DNA of 64,000 nt from an uncultured Arcobacter sp. GTDB lineage: Bacteria; Campylobacterota; Campylobacteria; Campylobacterales; Arcobacteraceae. Location: assembly GCA_965140705.1 (NCBI GenBank), contig OZ223300.1:512001-576000 (forward strand), in the 5' to 3' direction. The notes under the pieces are model-generated. The model was not told the DNA's origin. It made no database searches and was given only the letters and a program-made list of their open reading frames with translations. The position numbers and the translations under genes are program-made. This document shows positions 20,555 to 31,393 of this stretch, in pieces (positions within the stretch are counted from its first letter, which is position 1; every line of letters starts with the position of its first letter).

Positions 20555-22898
20555 AACACTTATAGTATTTCCAACTTCTAGAGCTATAAGAGAATCTATC
20601 AAAAGAAGAAGCAATGAAAATTTATTGCTTCCTTCTTATTTAACAATTGACGAATTTTTAAAAAAATCCATATCCATAAAAGATAAAAAATATATTGATG
20701 AAGAGCAACGTTTTTTATATTTGAAAGATGCTTCAGAGATAAAAAATCTAAACAAACTTGGTATTTCAAATAATTTCACTTCATTTTTAAAGCAATCAGA
20801 TTATTTATTTAGGTTTTTTGGAGAATTAGCTGCTGAAAAAGTCTCAATTGATAGTATAGATGAAGTTGATACCTATGAGTATTATAAAGAGCATATAGCT
20901 ATATTAAAAGAGATTTATAATAACTATATATCAATACTTAATAAAAACAATGTAATTGATAAGATAAATATTCCACAAAATTATGAAATCAATTCAAATT
21001 TTTTAAATAGATATGAAAATATAGAGATATATTTTGAAGGGTACTTTACAAATTTTGAATTGGAAATTATATTTGAAATATCTAAACATACTAAAATAAT
21101 AGTTAATTTATTCTCAAATAAATATAATCAAAAATCAATACAGAGTTTTATTGATTTTGGCTTTGAATTAGAAGAAGGGTATGAATATAAAATTGATTTA
21201 TCAAACAAGTCTATAATAGAAAAACATAAAGAAGTATCAAATTTAATAAAGACAAAAACAGCTGGATTTACAAGTAGAATAAATCAAATTGCTTTTATAA
21301 AAGAGTCAATAACTAATGCTATAAATAGTGGCATAAAAGCAGAAAATATAGCATTGATTGTTCCTGATGAAAAGTTTGTAGAGATATTAGAACAATTTGA
21401 TGATGAACAATATTTTAATTATGCTATGGGTAAAAGTATAAATAACAGTAAACTTTATAAAGTAATAAATTCCATATATAGTTACCTAAATGAAAATGAA
21501 AGAAAAACAAAAGAATCAATAGAGTTTTATTATATCAATTCTGAGATGATTGATAGTATTAAAAAGATTTGGAATAAAAAGTTAGATAAAAATAGCTTTG
21601 ATATTTTACTTGAATATTTAAAATCAATGGAACATAATAAAGAGTTAATAGAAAAATTTGATGAATTAACTTATAAATTAGATCACCTGTTTTTTAACAG
21701 TTCTCAAAATATACTTTTTAAAGAAGCTATAAAAATTCTTATTCAAAAAATACAAAAAATAACACTTGATGATATTAACTCTGGTCTTATTACTGTAATG
21801 GGTTTACTTGAAACTAGAGCTGTTGAGTTTGAAGCAGTTATAATATGTGATTTCAATGAAAACTATATACCAAAATCAAGTATTAAAGATAAGTTCTTAT
21901 CTTCAATTATTAAAAAAAGAGTAAAACTTCCTACTCAAAAAGATAGGGAAAATCTACAAAAATATTACTATTATAGATTGATGAACAAAGCAAAAAATCT
22001 CTATATTTCATATACACAAAATGAGACTATGCAAGTAAGTAGATTTGCAGATGAATTGTTTAAAGATGAAATCACCCCATCTACCAAAGATAAACAATAT
22101 AAACAAATACTTTATAATAATAAATCAATAGAACATTTTAATAAAACTATCGAATATGAGATTGATTTATCAAAACAAGAGTGGTCTGCTACTTCACTTA
22201 AAAAGTATTTAGAGTGTAAAAGAAAGTATTACTTAGAGTATATATGTAAAATAAAAGAGCATAATATAAGCTTAAAGCCAAAAGGATTTGAATTAGGAAG
22301 TATGGTTCACAAAACATTAGAAAGTGCATATAAGAGCTTTGAGATACAAAATATCAATTATGAGCTTATTAAATCACTTTTTGAAAAGCAGATGAATGAA
22401 AATCCATTTTTACTTTTAGACAAAGAGATATTTTTAAGAAAATTAAATACTTTTGTAGAGTTTGAAAGTAAAAGATTTGAAAATAAAAGTTTGAGTGTAG
22501 TAGAAATAGAAAAAGATTTTAAATTTGAATATAATGGAATAGTTTTAAAAGGAAGTATTGATAGAATTGATAAAGAAGATGATAGATATTTATTGATTGA
22601 TTATAAAACATCAGCAAGTCTAAAAATTGATAGTATAAAAACCTATGAAAATAGTGTTGACTTTCAATTGGAATTTTATTATTTAGCTTGCTTAGAACTC
22701 TTTGGATATGATAAGATAAAAGCCTATTATTATGATTTGAATAATTCAAAATTATTAGAAGAAGTTGCTTTATTTGAAAAGTTAGAATTACTTAAAAATA
22801 TATTTATAGAGTTAAAAACAAAAAAAGTAAATTTTGAAAAATGTGAGAAAATATCAACTTGTCAGTATTGTGAGTTTAAAACTATTTGTGATAGATAG
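20538..22898 (+). CDS. addB: AddB-like PD-(D/E)XK nuclease subunit with Fe-S Cys motif
   Basis: SATSL..YLEC, GSIDRID, IDYKT, QLEFY, C-terminal CQYCEFKTIC. Confidence 0.82.
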   Translation: MLQTSKTLIVFPTSRAIRESIKRRSNENLLLPSYLTIDEFLKKSISIKDKKYIDEEQRFLYLKDASEIKNLNKLGISNNFTSFLKQSDYLFRFFGELAAEKVSIDSIDEVDTYEYYKEHIAILKEIYNNYISILNKNNVIDKINIPQNYEINSNFLNRYENIEIYFEGYFTNFELEIIFEISKHTKIIVNLFSNKYNQKSIQSFIDFGFELEEGYEYKIDLSNKSIIEKHKEVSNLIKTKTAGFTSRINQIAFIKESITNAINSGIKAENIALIVPDEKFVEILEQFDDEQYFNYAMGKSINNSKLYKVINSIYSYLNENERKTKESIEFYYINSEMIDSIKKIWNKKLDKNSFDILLEYLKSMEHNKELIEKFDELTYKLDHLFFNSSQNILFKEAIKILIQKIQKITLDDINSGLITVMGLLETRAVEFEAVIICDFNENYIPKSSIKDKFLSSIIKKRVKLPTQKDRENLQKYYYYRLMNKAKNLYISYTQNETMQVSRFADELFKDEITPSTKDKQYKQILYNNKSIEHFNKTIEYEIDLSKQEWSATSLKKYLECKRKYYLEYICKIKEHNISLKPKGFELGSMVHKTLESAYKSFEIQNINYELIKSLFEKQMNENPFLLLDKEIFLRKLNTFVEFESKRFENKSLSVVEIEKDFKFEYNGIVLKGSIDRIDKEDDRYLLIDYKTSASLKIDSIKTYENSVDFQLEFYYLACLELFGYDKIKAYYYDLNNSKLLEEVALFEKLELLKNIFIELKTKKVNFEKCEKISTCQYCEFKTICDR

Positions 22899-22920
22899 AA
22901 GTGTAAGATAACTTCTATCT
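22893..22920. terminator. Hairpin at the convergent addB/prfB junction
   Basis: agatagaagt / acttctatct 10-bp stem. Confidence 0.55.
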
Positions 22921-24009
22921 TGCAGTTGCTATTAAAACATCCTCTATCATTTTTGTAATATCTCCATCTAAAATTGCTTCCACATTTGAGTACCCGATAT
23001 TACTTCTAGTATCTTTTATTTGTTGATAAGGCTGCATAACATAAGATCTAATTTGGTGTCCCCAACCAATTTCACTCTTTTCAACACCATCTTTTACAGC
23101 TTGTTGTTTTTCTAATTCATATTCATAAAGTCTAGATTTTAACATCTTCATTGCACTTGCTTTATTTTTATGTTGAGATCTATCGTTTTGACACTGTACA
23201 ACAATATTTGTGGCAATATGAGTGATTCTAATTGCACTTTCCGTTTTATTAACATGTTGTCCACCAGCACCACTTGAACGATATGTATCTATTCTAATAT
23301 CTTTGTCTTCAACAACAATATCAATATTATCATCAATCTCTGGACTTACCATTACTGAGGCAAAGGAAGTATGTCTTTTAGCATTTGAATCAAAAGGTGA
23401 GATTCTAACAAGTCTATGAACACCATTTTCAGCTTTTAAGTATCCATAAGCATTTTCACCTTTTATGATAAAAGAAACATCTTTAAGGCCTGCTTCTTCA
23501 CCATCTTGATAATCAAGAACTTCTATTTTAAAATCCATTCTTTCAGCCCATCTAAGATACATACGATAAAGCATACTAGCCCAATCTTGAGACTCAGTTC
23601 CACCTGCTCCTGGATGAATAGAAATAATAGCATTAGATGAATCATCAGGATTACTTAGCATTACAGATATCTCAGTAGATTTTATAAGATTATCTAACTC
23701 TTCAGCTTCTCCATAAAGTAATTCAAAAGTATCTTCATCTTTTTCTTCAAGTGCCATCTCATAAAGTTCATTTGTACCACTTAAAGATTCATTGGCTTTA
23801 TTAAATTTAGATAATTTACTCAATATTCTATTTTTCTCAATACCGATTTTTGTTGCAGTATCAACATCATTCCAAAAGTCTTGAGAAGATTCTAACTCTT
23901 CTATCTCTTTTAGTCTTGATTCTAAAATATCAGGTTTGAGTATATCTTTTATATTTTGAAGTTTTTTATTTAATAATTTTAGTAATTCAGAATACTCATA
24001 ACTATCCAC
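22915..24009 (-). CDS. prfB: Peptide chain release factor 2 (continuous ORF, GTG start)
   Basis: SPF specificity motif, [17 protein letters not shown]. Confidence 0.97.
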   Translation of the reverse strand: MDSYEYSELLKLLNKKLQNIKDILKPDILESRLKEIEELESSQDFWNDVDTATKIGIEKNRILSKLSKFNKANESLSGTNELYEMALEEKDEDTFELLYGEAEELDNLIKSTEISVMLSNPDDSSNAIISIHPGAGGTESQDWASMLYRMYLRWAERMDFKIEVLDYQDGEEAGLKDVSFIIKGENAYGYLKAENGVHRLVRISPFDSNAKRHTSFASVMVSPEIDDNIDIVVEDKDIRIDTYRSSGAGGQHVNKTESAIRITHIATNIVVQCQNDRSQHKNKASAMKMLKSRLYEYELEKQQAVKDGVEKSEIGWGHQIRSYVMQPYQQIKDTRSNIGYSNVEAILDGDITKMIEDVLIATAR

Positions 24010-24639
24010 TTATTTTTTTGCCTCATCTTTATTTACTGATTTTAAATAAACATAAATATTTTTTAAGTCATCTGTACTTGTAATAGTTGCATAAGGCAAC
24101 ATTATAAATGCTTGACCTCTATTATATGTTCCAAGACTATAATCTCTCATTGCTATAGTAAAATCATCAAGAGAAAGATCTCTTAATGGTCTTGAAGTTC
24201 CTCTTGCCTCAATTTCACCTTTTTCACCATGACATTTTTGACATTTTGCTATATATCTTTGTTTCCCTGAAACTGACATTGCATAATTTCTTTTTATTAG
24301 TGCTTCTTTTTTAGCAGCTTCTTCTTTATCTGCAAGTCTATTCATAATTTGTTTTTCAAGTTTATCTATGTCAAAATTACTAACTTTTTCTTCCTTTTTA
24401 AATATATAAATATAATTGTATCCATTTTTTGTATTTGTAATTTTGATATCATTAATACTCCACCCCTCATTTTTCATTTGAGAAGGTGATTTCTCTCCTG
24501 CGCATAATCCACCATCGAGTTTTGTATTATCAATAGTCGACATAGATTTGTGATTTTCTTTAAAGCACATAGTTGTTTGTGCATAAAGTGACATAGTTGT
24601 AAGTGCGGTAAAAGTAAGTGCTGGAATTAGTTTTATCAT
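24010..24639 (-). CDS. Exported c-type cytochrome with an extra N-terminal domain
   Basis: Signal peptide; CQKCHG heme motif and distal Met (IMLPYA) in the C-terminal half. Confidence 0.75.
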   Translation of the reverse strand: MIKLIPALTFTALTTMSLYAQTTMCFKENHKSMSTIDNTKLDGGLCAGEKSPSQMKNEGWSINDIKITNTKNGYNYIYIFKKEEKVSNFDIDKLEKQIMNRLADKEEAAKKEALIKRNYAMSVSGKQRYIAKCQKCHGEKGEIEARGTSRPLRDLSLDDFTIAMRDYSLGTYNRGQAFIMLPYATITSTDDLKNIYVYLKSVNKDEAKK

Positions 24640-24701
24640 TAGTTTATATCCTTTTTTTTAAAAGGACATTTTATCATAAAGTTTCTTGAGTTTTTATTTA
24701 T

Positions 24702-24734
24702 AAAAAAAGGTTAGAAGCAAAGCTTCTAACCTTT
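24702..24734 (-). terminator. Intrinsic terminator of the porin gene
   Basis: aaaggttagaagc/gcttctaaccttt stem; A7 run gives a U-tail on -. Confidence 0.88.
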
Positions 24735-24765
24735 ATGTTTAGTAGTTTATTATATATTTCTAATA

Positions 24766-25953
24766 TTAGAAAGAATATACAATGTTAACTCTACCTCTTG
24801 TACCTTTATCAGTTCTTGCATCACTATCAACTTGACCAAATCTTACATAATATTTGAAGTTTTTAGCTACTGAATGAGTTGCTTGTAATACCCACTCATC
24901 TGCATCACTGTTAGCAACTGAATCAATTGTATAGATATTGTAGTTAGCTGAAAGATTAATTGATGGTGTTACATCTACATTAACATTTAATTTTGTTAAA
25001 TCAGCATCATCTTTTGCAGTAAGATTTAATCCCCAACCTTGGAAACCAACTTCAGCATCAGCATCACCAGTTACATCAACACCAGTTACAGCAACAGTTG
25101 AATCTACATCATTAGTCATACCATAATCAACACCGAATCCAACGATACCAATTTTAGCACTTGCACCAATTTTAAATAATTTACCAGTATCAACACCATT
25201 AACATCACTACTTAATGCAGAATATCTAGCATATAATGAAACTACATTAATTTTAGCACTTGCACCAAGTGTATAAGCTTTAGCACCATTATCAGCATTA
25301 TCATAAGAATCAGCAATATCTAAATACCAAGCATCTAATGCAACAGGACCAACATTAGCCATTACACCTAAACCAGCAATTGCTTGTCCAGAAATATCTA
25401 TACCATTACCAGTAGAAGTTAATTTTCCAACACTGTTAAAGTTTGTATTAAATAAATAAGTACCAGCAATTGTAACAGGACCTGCATTAACAACAGCAGT
25501 TAAACCGTTACCAGTATCTTCGTCACCAGTTGCATCAGCTTGAACTGCAAATGGAGATGGAACAGCTTGTTTACCTGCTATAAATGTAGTATTAGTAAGA
25601 CCTGTATATACAAAGTTAGCTTGGCTTAATCCAAATCCAGCTTCACCATCAGTTGAGTTTGAATTAATATATGCCATATCATGACCAGTATTATTTGCAC
25701 CACCAATAATTGTTTTACTTACAAAAGTGATATCATCAGTTACATTTGCTTTAGCAGTAAGTGAAATTTTATAGTCATTTTCTGTATAGTTAGAGTTATT
25801 TGCATCATCAGAACTTCTATCATTATATTGGTATGCAACTGTACCAGATACATCTACACCTTTAATAGCTTCTTCTAAAGGTTTTGCGTTAGCAGTAGTT
25901 AAACCAGCTACTGCAACAGCAGCTACTAAACTTAATTTTACGAATTTTTTCAT
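24766..25953 (-). CDS. Major outer-membrane porin (Campylobacterota MOMP/PorA-like)
   Basis: MKKFVKLSLVAA signal, mature start KPLEEAIKGVDVSG, beta-strand pattern, C-terminal YSF. Confidence 0.88.
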   Translation of the reverse strand: MKKFVKLSLVAAVAVAGLTTANAKPLEEAIKGVDVSGTVAYQYNDRSSDDANNSNYTENDYKISLTAKANVTDDITFVSKTIIGGANNTGHDMAYINSNSTDGEAGFGLSQANFVYTGLTNTTFIAGKQAVPSPFAVQADATGDEDTGNGLTAVVNAGPVTIAGTYLFNTNFNSVGKLTSTGNGIDISGQAIAGLGVMANVGPVALDAWYLDIADSYDNADNGAKAYTLGASAKINVVSLYARYSALSSDVNGVDTGKLFKIGASAKIGIVGFGVDYGMTNDVDSTVAVTGVDVTGDADAEVGFQGWGLNLTAKDDADLTKLNVNVDVTPSINLSANYNIYTIDSVANSDADEWVLQATHSVAKNFKYYVRFGQVDSDARTDKGTRGRVNIVYSF

Positions 25954-26150
25954 TTGATCTCCTGAAAGGGTTATTTTTAAATCAGTTCCTCGGACGCGCG
26001 AACAATCTTCTTGTATAAATACTTGAAAGATACTTTCCGATTCACCGTTGCGAAAATTTTACATGCTTTAAAATTAAAGTTTTCTTAATTTGGGGGTTTT
26101 TGAGTAATTTAATCTATTATTTTAAGTTTTATTTATAAAAAAGTCATATT

Positions 26151-26462
26151 TTATAGGCTTACACTTACTTTACAATTTGCCAAAATATCTGGTTTTTGGA
26201 TAGTTATATTTAGTTTTTTTATGCAATATTCATCTTTTAAGTATTTTTTCAAATTTAATAGTGCATCTTCTATTAATTTAAATTTATTTTTTTTCATTAA
26301 TTTTTCAATATCAGACGCTACTTTTGAGTAATCAATAAATTCAGAATTTGCAAAGTTATAGGAGAATGAGCAGTTTATTATTACCCTTTGTTCATTTTTT
26401 CGCTCAAAGGGTAAAATACCAATTATACAATTAAAAGTAAGATCTTCAATTTTTACTTTCAT
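26151..26462 (-). CDS. folB: Dihydroneopterin aldolase
   Basis: IIGILPFER..EQRV, IDYS, FKLIE, KPDI. Confidence 0.85.
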   Translation of the reverse strand: MKVKIEDLTFNCIIGILPFERKNEQRVIINCSFSYNFANSEFIDYSKVASDIEKLMKKNKFKLIEDALLNLKKYLKDEYCIKKLNITIQKPDILANCKVSVSL

Positions 26463-27082
26463 TATACAGCTTTTAGTTCTTCTTTTTTAATAAGTCTTAT
26501 TATATTTGGGATATGTTTATAGAAAATTATAAAGGAAATCAAATACATAGGTGCATTTGAATTTACTCCTAATCCATTATTAAATATAATTGCAGCAATT
26601 ATTACAGCAACTAATCCTAAAAGAGAAGACAAAGAAGAGATTTTTAAAACTTTTGCACAAAATCCCCAAACAATAGCACCAATAAGTGTTGGAATTGGAA
26701 TTAGTACTAAAAATACACCAAGTCCAGTTGCTACTCCTTTTCCACCCTCAAGACCTAAATAAATACTATAACAATGCCCAATCACAGCTAACACTGCAAT
26801 AGTCCAAAGTGTAGCTTCACTTACTCCAAAAGCCTGTGCGATAAGAAGTATGATTGTTCCTTTTATAGCATCAAGAATAACAGTTGCAAGTCCTAGTTTT
26901 TTTGCTAAGCTAGGGTTTGTTTCTTTTACTACTCTTAGAACATTTGTTGCCCCTATTGATTTACTTCCATGCTTTTTTATATCTACCCCTGCAAAGGTTT
27001 TAGCTAAGATTAAACCAAAGGGAATAGAGCCTATTAAATAAGCTAAAATATAAAAAATAAGATTTGTATTTAAAAAATCCAT
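26462..27082 (-). CDS. plsY: Glycerol-3-phosphate acyltransferase
   Basis: YLIGSIPFG, GATNVLR, GGKGVAT, KHIPNI. Confidence 0.95.
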   Translation of the reverse strand: MDFLNTNLIFYILAYLIGSIPFGLILAKTFAGVDIKKHGSKSIGATNVLRVVKETNPSLAKKLGLATVILDAIKGTIILLIAQAFGVSEATLWTIAVLAVIGHCYSIYLGLEGGKGVATGLGVFLVLIPIPTLIGAIVWGFCAKVLKISSLSSLLGLVAVIIAAIIFNNGLGVNSNAPMYLISFIIFYKHIPNIIRLIKKEELKAV

Positions 27083-27183
27083 TATGACCTCAATTAATTT
27101 TTTGATTATGTTTAAATGGATTATAACAAAAATTTTGTTATATTCCCGTTAAATGTTAAATATTATAAACCTAAGGGTAAATT

Positions 27184-28173
27184 TTGAATTTAAAAGATGA
27201 AATAATAAAATTAAAAGAGGAACTTGACGTAACATTAGTCGCTCACTTTTATCAAAGAGATGAAGTGTTTGAATTAGCAGATATTACGGGAGATTCTTTA
27301 GAATTAGCTAAAAAAGCTATGGAAACAAGTAGTAAATATATAGTATTTTGTGGTGTTGGATTTATGGGTGAGAGTGTAAAAGTTATGAGTCCACAAAAAA
27401 GAGTTCTTATGCCAAAAATTGCCTGTTGTGCAATGGCTAGAATGATTGACGTGGATTACTTTGATGAATCATTGGCCAAACTAAATGCAATGGGTGTTTC
27501 AAGTGAGGAACTTCTTCCTATTACATATATTAATTCAAGTGCAGCAGTAAAAGCTAGAGTTGGAGAAATGGGTGGTATGGTTTGTACCTCTTCAAATGCA
27601 TATAAAATCATAGAAAAGGGTTTAAAATCTGGTAAGAAAATATTTTTTGTACCAGATAGATGTTTAGGACAGAATTTTGCAAAAAGTCTTAATCTAAAAT
27701 CAACTGTTATAGGTGATGGAACTGACCCAAAAGAAGCAGATATTATTTGTTATGATGGTTTTTGTTCTGTTCATCAACTTTTTTCAACTGATGATATTGA
27801 GTTTTATAGAAATAAATATCCAGGTATCTTAATTGCAGTTCATCCAGAATGTGATCCAAAGATTTGTGATATGGCTGATTTTGTAGGTTCTACTTCTCAA
27901 CTTATCAAATTTATAAAAGAGCTACCATCTGAACAAAAAGTTGCAGTTGGAACTGAGTATAATATGGTAAATAGATTAAGAGAAAAAAATACATATATTT
28001 TAAGCTCAACTAAACCAGAATGTCCAACTATGAATGAAACAACTTTACAAGATGTTTATAACTGTTTAAAAGAGATAAAAGATGGTAAAGAAGTATTCTC
28101 AAATGAAATTTTTGTAAATGACAATGTAATCAAATGGGCAAAAGTGGCACTACAAAGGATGTTTGAAGTATGA
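27184..28173 (+). CDS. nadA: Quinolinate synthase
   Basis: AHFYQ, GDSLELA, FCGVGFM, YINSSA, HPEC. Confidence 0.95.
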   Translation: MNLKDEIIKLKEELDVTLVAHFYQRDEVFELADITGDSLELAKKAMETSSKYIVFCGVGFMGESVKVMSPQKRVLMPKIACCAMARMIDVDYFDESLAKLNAMGVSSEELLPITYINSSAAVKARVGEMGGMVCTSSNAYKIIEKGLKSGKKIFFVPDRCLGQNFAKSLNLKSTVIGDGTDPKEADIICYDGFCSVHQLFSTDDIEFYRNKYPGILIAVHPECDPKICDMADFVGSTSQLIKFIKELPSEQKVAVGTEYNMVNRLREKNTYILSSTKPECPTMNETTLQDVYNCLKEIKDGKEVFSNEIFVNDNVIKWAKVALQRMFEV

Positions 28174-28991
28174 TTAATATTAAGAAGTTTGTAAAAAATG
28201 CTATCATTGAAGATAATGGTAGAGGAGATTTATTCTTTGATGTTGCTCCTAAGGGAAGATTTACAGCAAAAGTTATTTCAAAAGATGATGGTATTTTAGC
28301 TGGTGAAATTTATGCAAAAGCTTTATCAAAAACTGAAAAATTTGATTGCAAGTTTCTAAAGCATGACGGAGAAGTGATTAAAAAAGGTGATATTATCGCA
28401 AAACTTGATGGGAAAGCAGCTGTTTTACTTTCAAGTGAACGAACATTTTTAAATATGCTACAACATGCTTCAGGAATAGCTACTATGGCTAACTCTTATG
28501 CTTCTTTGATAAAAGATTTAGATGTAGTTTTACTTGATACTAGAAAAACAAGACCACAACTTAGGGATTTTGAGAAATATGCAAGTAGAGTAGGTGGAGC
28601 TATTAATCATAGACTTGGACTTGATGATTGTTTAATGTTAAAAGATACTCACCTTCGAACAATACTAAATCTAAAAGAGTTTATTCAAAGAGCAAGAAAA
28701 AGAATTTCTTGGGTTACAAAAATAGAGATTGAGTGTGAAACATTAGATCAAGTAAAAGATGCTATGGAAGCTGGTGGGGATATAATTATGTGTGATAATA
28801 TGACACCAGATCAAATAAAAGAAGTAGTGAAATTTAGAAATGAAAATTATCCACATATAGTTTTAGAAGCTAGCGGAAATATAAATTTAGATACTGTAAG
28901 GGATTATGCCTTAACTGGTGTTGATGCCTTAAGTTCTGGAAGTATCATTCATCAAGCTACTTGGCTAGATTTTTCTATGAAATTTGATTAG
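28170..28991 (+). CDS. nadC: Nicotinate-nucleotide pyrophosphorylase (carboxylating)
   Basis: DTRKT, HRLGLDD, LKDTH, EASGNI. Confidence 0.95.
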   Translation: MINIKKFVKNAIIEDNGRGDLFFDVAPKGRFTAKVISKDDGILAGEIYAKALSKTEKFDCKFLKHDGEVIKKGDIIAKLDGKAAVLLSSERTFLNMLQHASGIATMANSYASLIKDLDVVLLDTRKTRPQLRDFEKYASRVGGAINHRLGLDDCLMLKDTHLRTILNLKEFIQRARKRISWVTKIEIECETLDQVKDAMEAGGDIIMCDNMTPDQIKEVVKFRNENYPHIVLEASGNINLDTVRDYALTGVDALSSGSIIHQATWLDFSMKFD

Positions 28992-29052
28992 TGGTTAACT
29001 TTTGATTAGTGTTATTATGTTAGGATTGAAAAGATTTTAAAAAGGAGAGTAT

Positions 29053-30033
29053 TTGAGTAAAGATTTTATAACAAATAATAAAGTAAATACTGCTTCTTTT
29101 GTGAGTGCTTTAAAATTAATTGAGAAATCAAAATATATTTTAATAATCACTCATGTAAATCCAGACCCTGATACTATTTGTTCAGGACTTGCACTTTCAA
29201 ATTATTTATCTGAAAATAAAATTAAACATAAAGTTTTTAATGCTGGAAAAAATCTTCCTGCAAAATGTGATTTTATCAATAGATATGAAAAAATAACAGA
29301 TCAAATTCCAAAATTTTATGATTTGGTTATCTCTGTGGATTGTGGTACTTCAAATAGATTTGGAATAACACTTCCTGAAGATATTCCTTTGATAAATTTT
29401 GATCACCACAAATCAAATGATGATTTTGGAACAATAAATATAGTAGATATTAATAAATCTTCAACTTCTGAAATAGTATATGACTTTTTTAGATTTAATG
29501 GATTGTATATTACAAAAAATACAGCAGAAGCACTTTATGTGGGAATATATGATGATTCATTGGCTTTTACAACTCCAAGATGTGATGAATTTACTTACGA
29601 AAAAATTAATTTTTTAGTTAAATGTGGAGCTAGTCCTGTTTATATTGCTGATAAGTTTATAAAAAGAGATTCTTTAGCAAAATATAGAATTTTGCCTAAG
29701 ATTTTCAATAGCTTAGAACTTCTTGATGAAGGTAAAATAGCAACAATATATGCAACAAAAGAGTGGTTTGAAGAGAGTGGGGCAACAACACTTGAAACAG
29801 AAGTTGCACTAGATATGGTTTTAAATATTGCTATCGTAAAAGTAGCAATTTATTTTAGGATTGTGAATGATAAAGTTAGAGTCTCTCTTAGATCAAAAGA
29901 GAAAATAGATGTTTCAACAGTAGCTTCTACCTTCGGTGGAGGAGGGCATTTAAATGCTGCAGGATGTGTTATACAAACTGATGATATTTTTGAAGCAAAA
30001 GAGATTATATTAAAGGAAATTCTTGAGAAGTAA
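29053..30033 (+). CDS. DHH/DHHA1 phosphoesterase (NrnA-like)
   Basis: HVNPDPD, FDHH, SLRS, GGGGHLNAAG. Confidence 0.9.
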   Translation: MSKDFITNNKVNTASFVSALKLIEKSKYILIITHVNPDPDTICSGLALSNYLSENKIKHKVFNAGKNLPAKCDFINRYEKITDQIPKFYDLVISVDCGTSNRFGITLPEDIPLINFDHHKSNDDFGTINIVDINKSSTSEIVYDFFRFNGLYITKNTAEALYVGIYDDSLAFTTPRCDEFTYEKINFLVKCGASPVYIADKFIKRDSLAKYRILPKIFNSLELLDEGKIATIYATKEWFEESGATTLETEVALDMVLNIAIVKVAIYFRIVNDKVRVSLRSKEKIDVSTVASTFGGGGHLNAAGCVIQTDDIFEAKEIILKEILEK

Positions 30034-31393
30034 AAGTAGTTTTGGGAAAATAGTATTATTTATATTTATAATAGGTGCCATTATAGCGGGTAGTTTTGTT
30101 TATTTATCACCTATGTTTGAGAAAAATCCCCCGAAAGTAGATTTTAAAGATAATATATATTGGAATTTGAAAAGCAAACTAAACCTTAGTATTAGTGATG
30201 ATAGTGGTATTAAATTTTATAAAGTAATATTTAAAGATGGAAATAAAGAGATAGTATTAGATTCAAAAGTATTATTAGAACCAGAGAAAAATATCAATTT
30301 ACAATTAAAATCACCTGAACTTGATATGTTCTTTAAAAGTAGTGACGTTGAAATAATTGTTGAAGCGGTTGATAGTAGTAAATGGAACTTTTTAGAAGGT
30401 AATAAAGTTATTGATACTTTTCATTTAAAAATTGATAGAAAAAAACCTGTAGCTTCAGTTATAGCTAATTCTTTTGCTGTTAGAAGAGGTGGAAGTGCTT
30501 TAGTTATAGTAAAAGTTGAAGATGAGAATTTAAAAGATGCATATATTACATTTAACAATGAACAAAGATTTGATTTGATTCCTTTTTATAAAGAAAACTA
30601 TTATGCAGCAATAATTGCTTGGCCAATAAAAATTGAAAAATTTAATATTGTAAATTTAGTGGCAATTGATAAAGCTGATAATAAATCAATAATAAAAGTA
30701 CCTTTATACATAAGAAATAGAAAAGATGATAAATCTAAAATAAAAATAAGTGATGCCTTTATTCAAAATGTAAGTACAAAAGTTTTAGAACAAAGCGGAA
30801 AAGATGTACCTGATAATCTAGCTGATATATTTTTAAAAGAAAATGAAGTTCTAAGAAATAAAAATGTACAAAAAATAGAAGAAGTATCTAGAAAATTTAT
30901 GGATAGGGATTTAGTAAGTAATTTTACACTTCTTCCATTTAAAAGATTGGAAAATGCTGCAACTGCTGGACGATTTGGACAAGAAAGATCATATTATCAT
31001 AATGGAATAAAAATAGATGAAGCTTGGCATTTAGGTATTGATTGGGCAAGTGTAAAAAAAGCTGATATTTTCACTACAAATAAAGGTAGAGTAATTTTTA
31101 ATGATTATTTAGGAATTTATGGAAATGCTATTATAATAGACCATGGATTTGGTTTACAGTCACTTTATGCCCATACAAGTTCTTCAAATGTAACAGTAGG
31201 TGAAGAGGTTAAAGAGAACCAAAAAATTGCAAATACTGGTGCTACCGGTGCTGTTTTAGGAGATCATTTACACTTTGGTGTTTTAGTTCAAGGAATAGAA
31301 GTAGATCCTTTAGAGTGGATGGATAAAAATTGGATAAAAACAAGAATTACAGATATCATAAGTGATGCAAAAAAGGTAATAGATAGCAAATGA
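30023..31393 (+). CDS. M23-family peptidoglycan peptidase
   Basis: N-terminal TM; HLGID, YAH, HLHFG zinc motifs. Confidence 0.9.
   Translation: MRSKSSFGKIVLFIFIIGAIIAGSFVYLSPMFEKNPPKVDFKDNIYWNLKSKLNLSISDDSGIKFYKVIFKDGNKEIVLDSKVLLEPEKNINLQLKSPELDMFFKSSDVEIIVEAVDSSKWNFLEGNKVIDTFHLKIDRKKPVASVIANSFAVRRGGSALVIVKVEDENLKDAYITFNNEQRFDLIPFYKENYYAAIIAWPIKIEKFNIVNLVAIDKADNKSIIKVPLYIRNRKDDKSKIKISDAFIQNVSTKVLEQSGKDVPDNLADIFLKENEVLRNKNVQKIEEVSRKFMDRDLVSNFTLLPFKRLENAATAGRFGQERSYYHNGIKIDEAWHLGIDWASVKKADIFTTNKGRVIFNDYLGIYGNAIIIDHGFGLQSLYAHTSSSNVTVGEEVKENQKIANTGATGAVLGDHLHFGVLVQGIEVDPLEWMDKNWIKTRITDIISDAKKVIDSK

Noticed and set aside
22915..24009. Possible programmed +1 frameshift in prfB
   Set aside because: The ORF is continuous from GTG with no internal CTT-TGA; frameshift-free prfB is usual in Campylobacterota.
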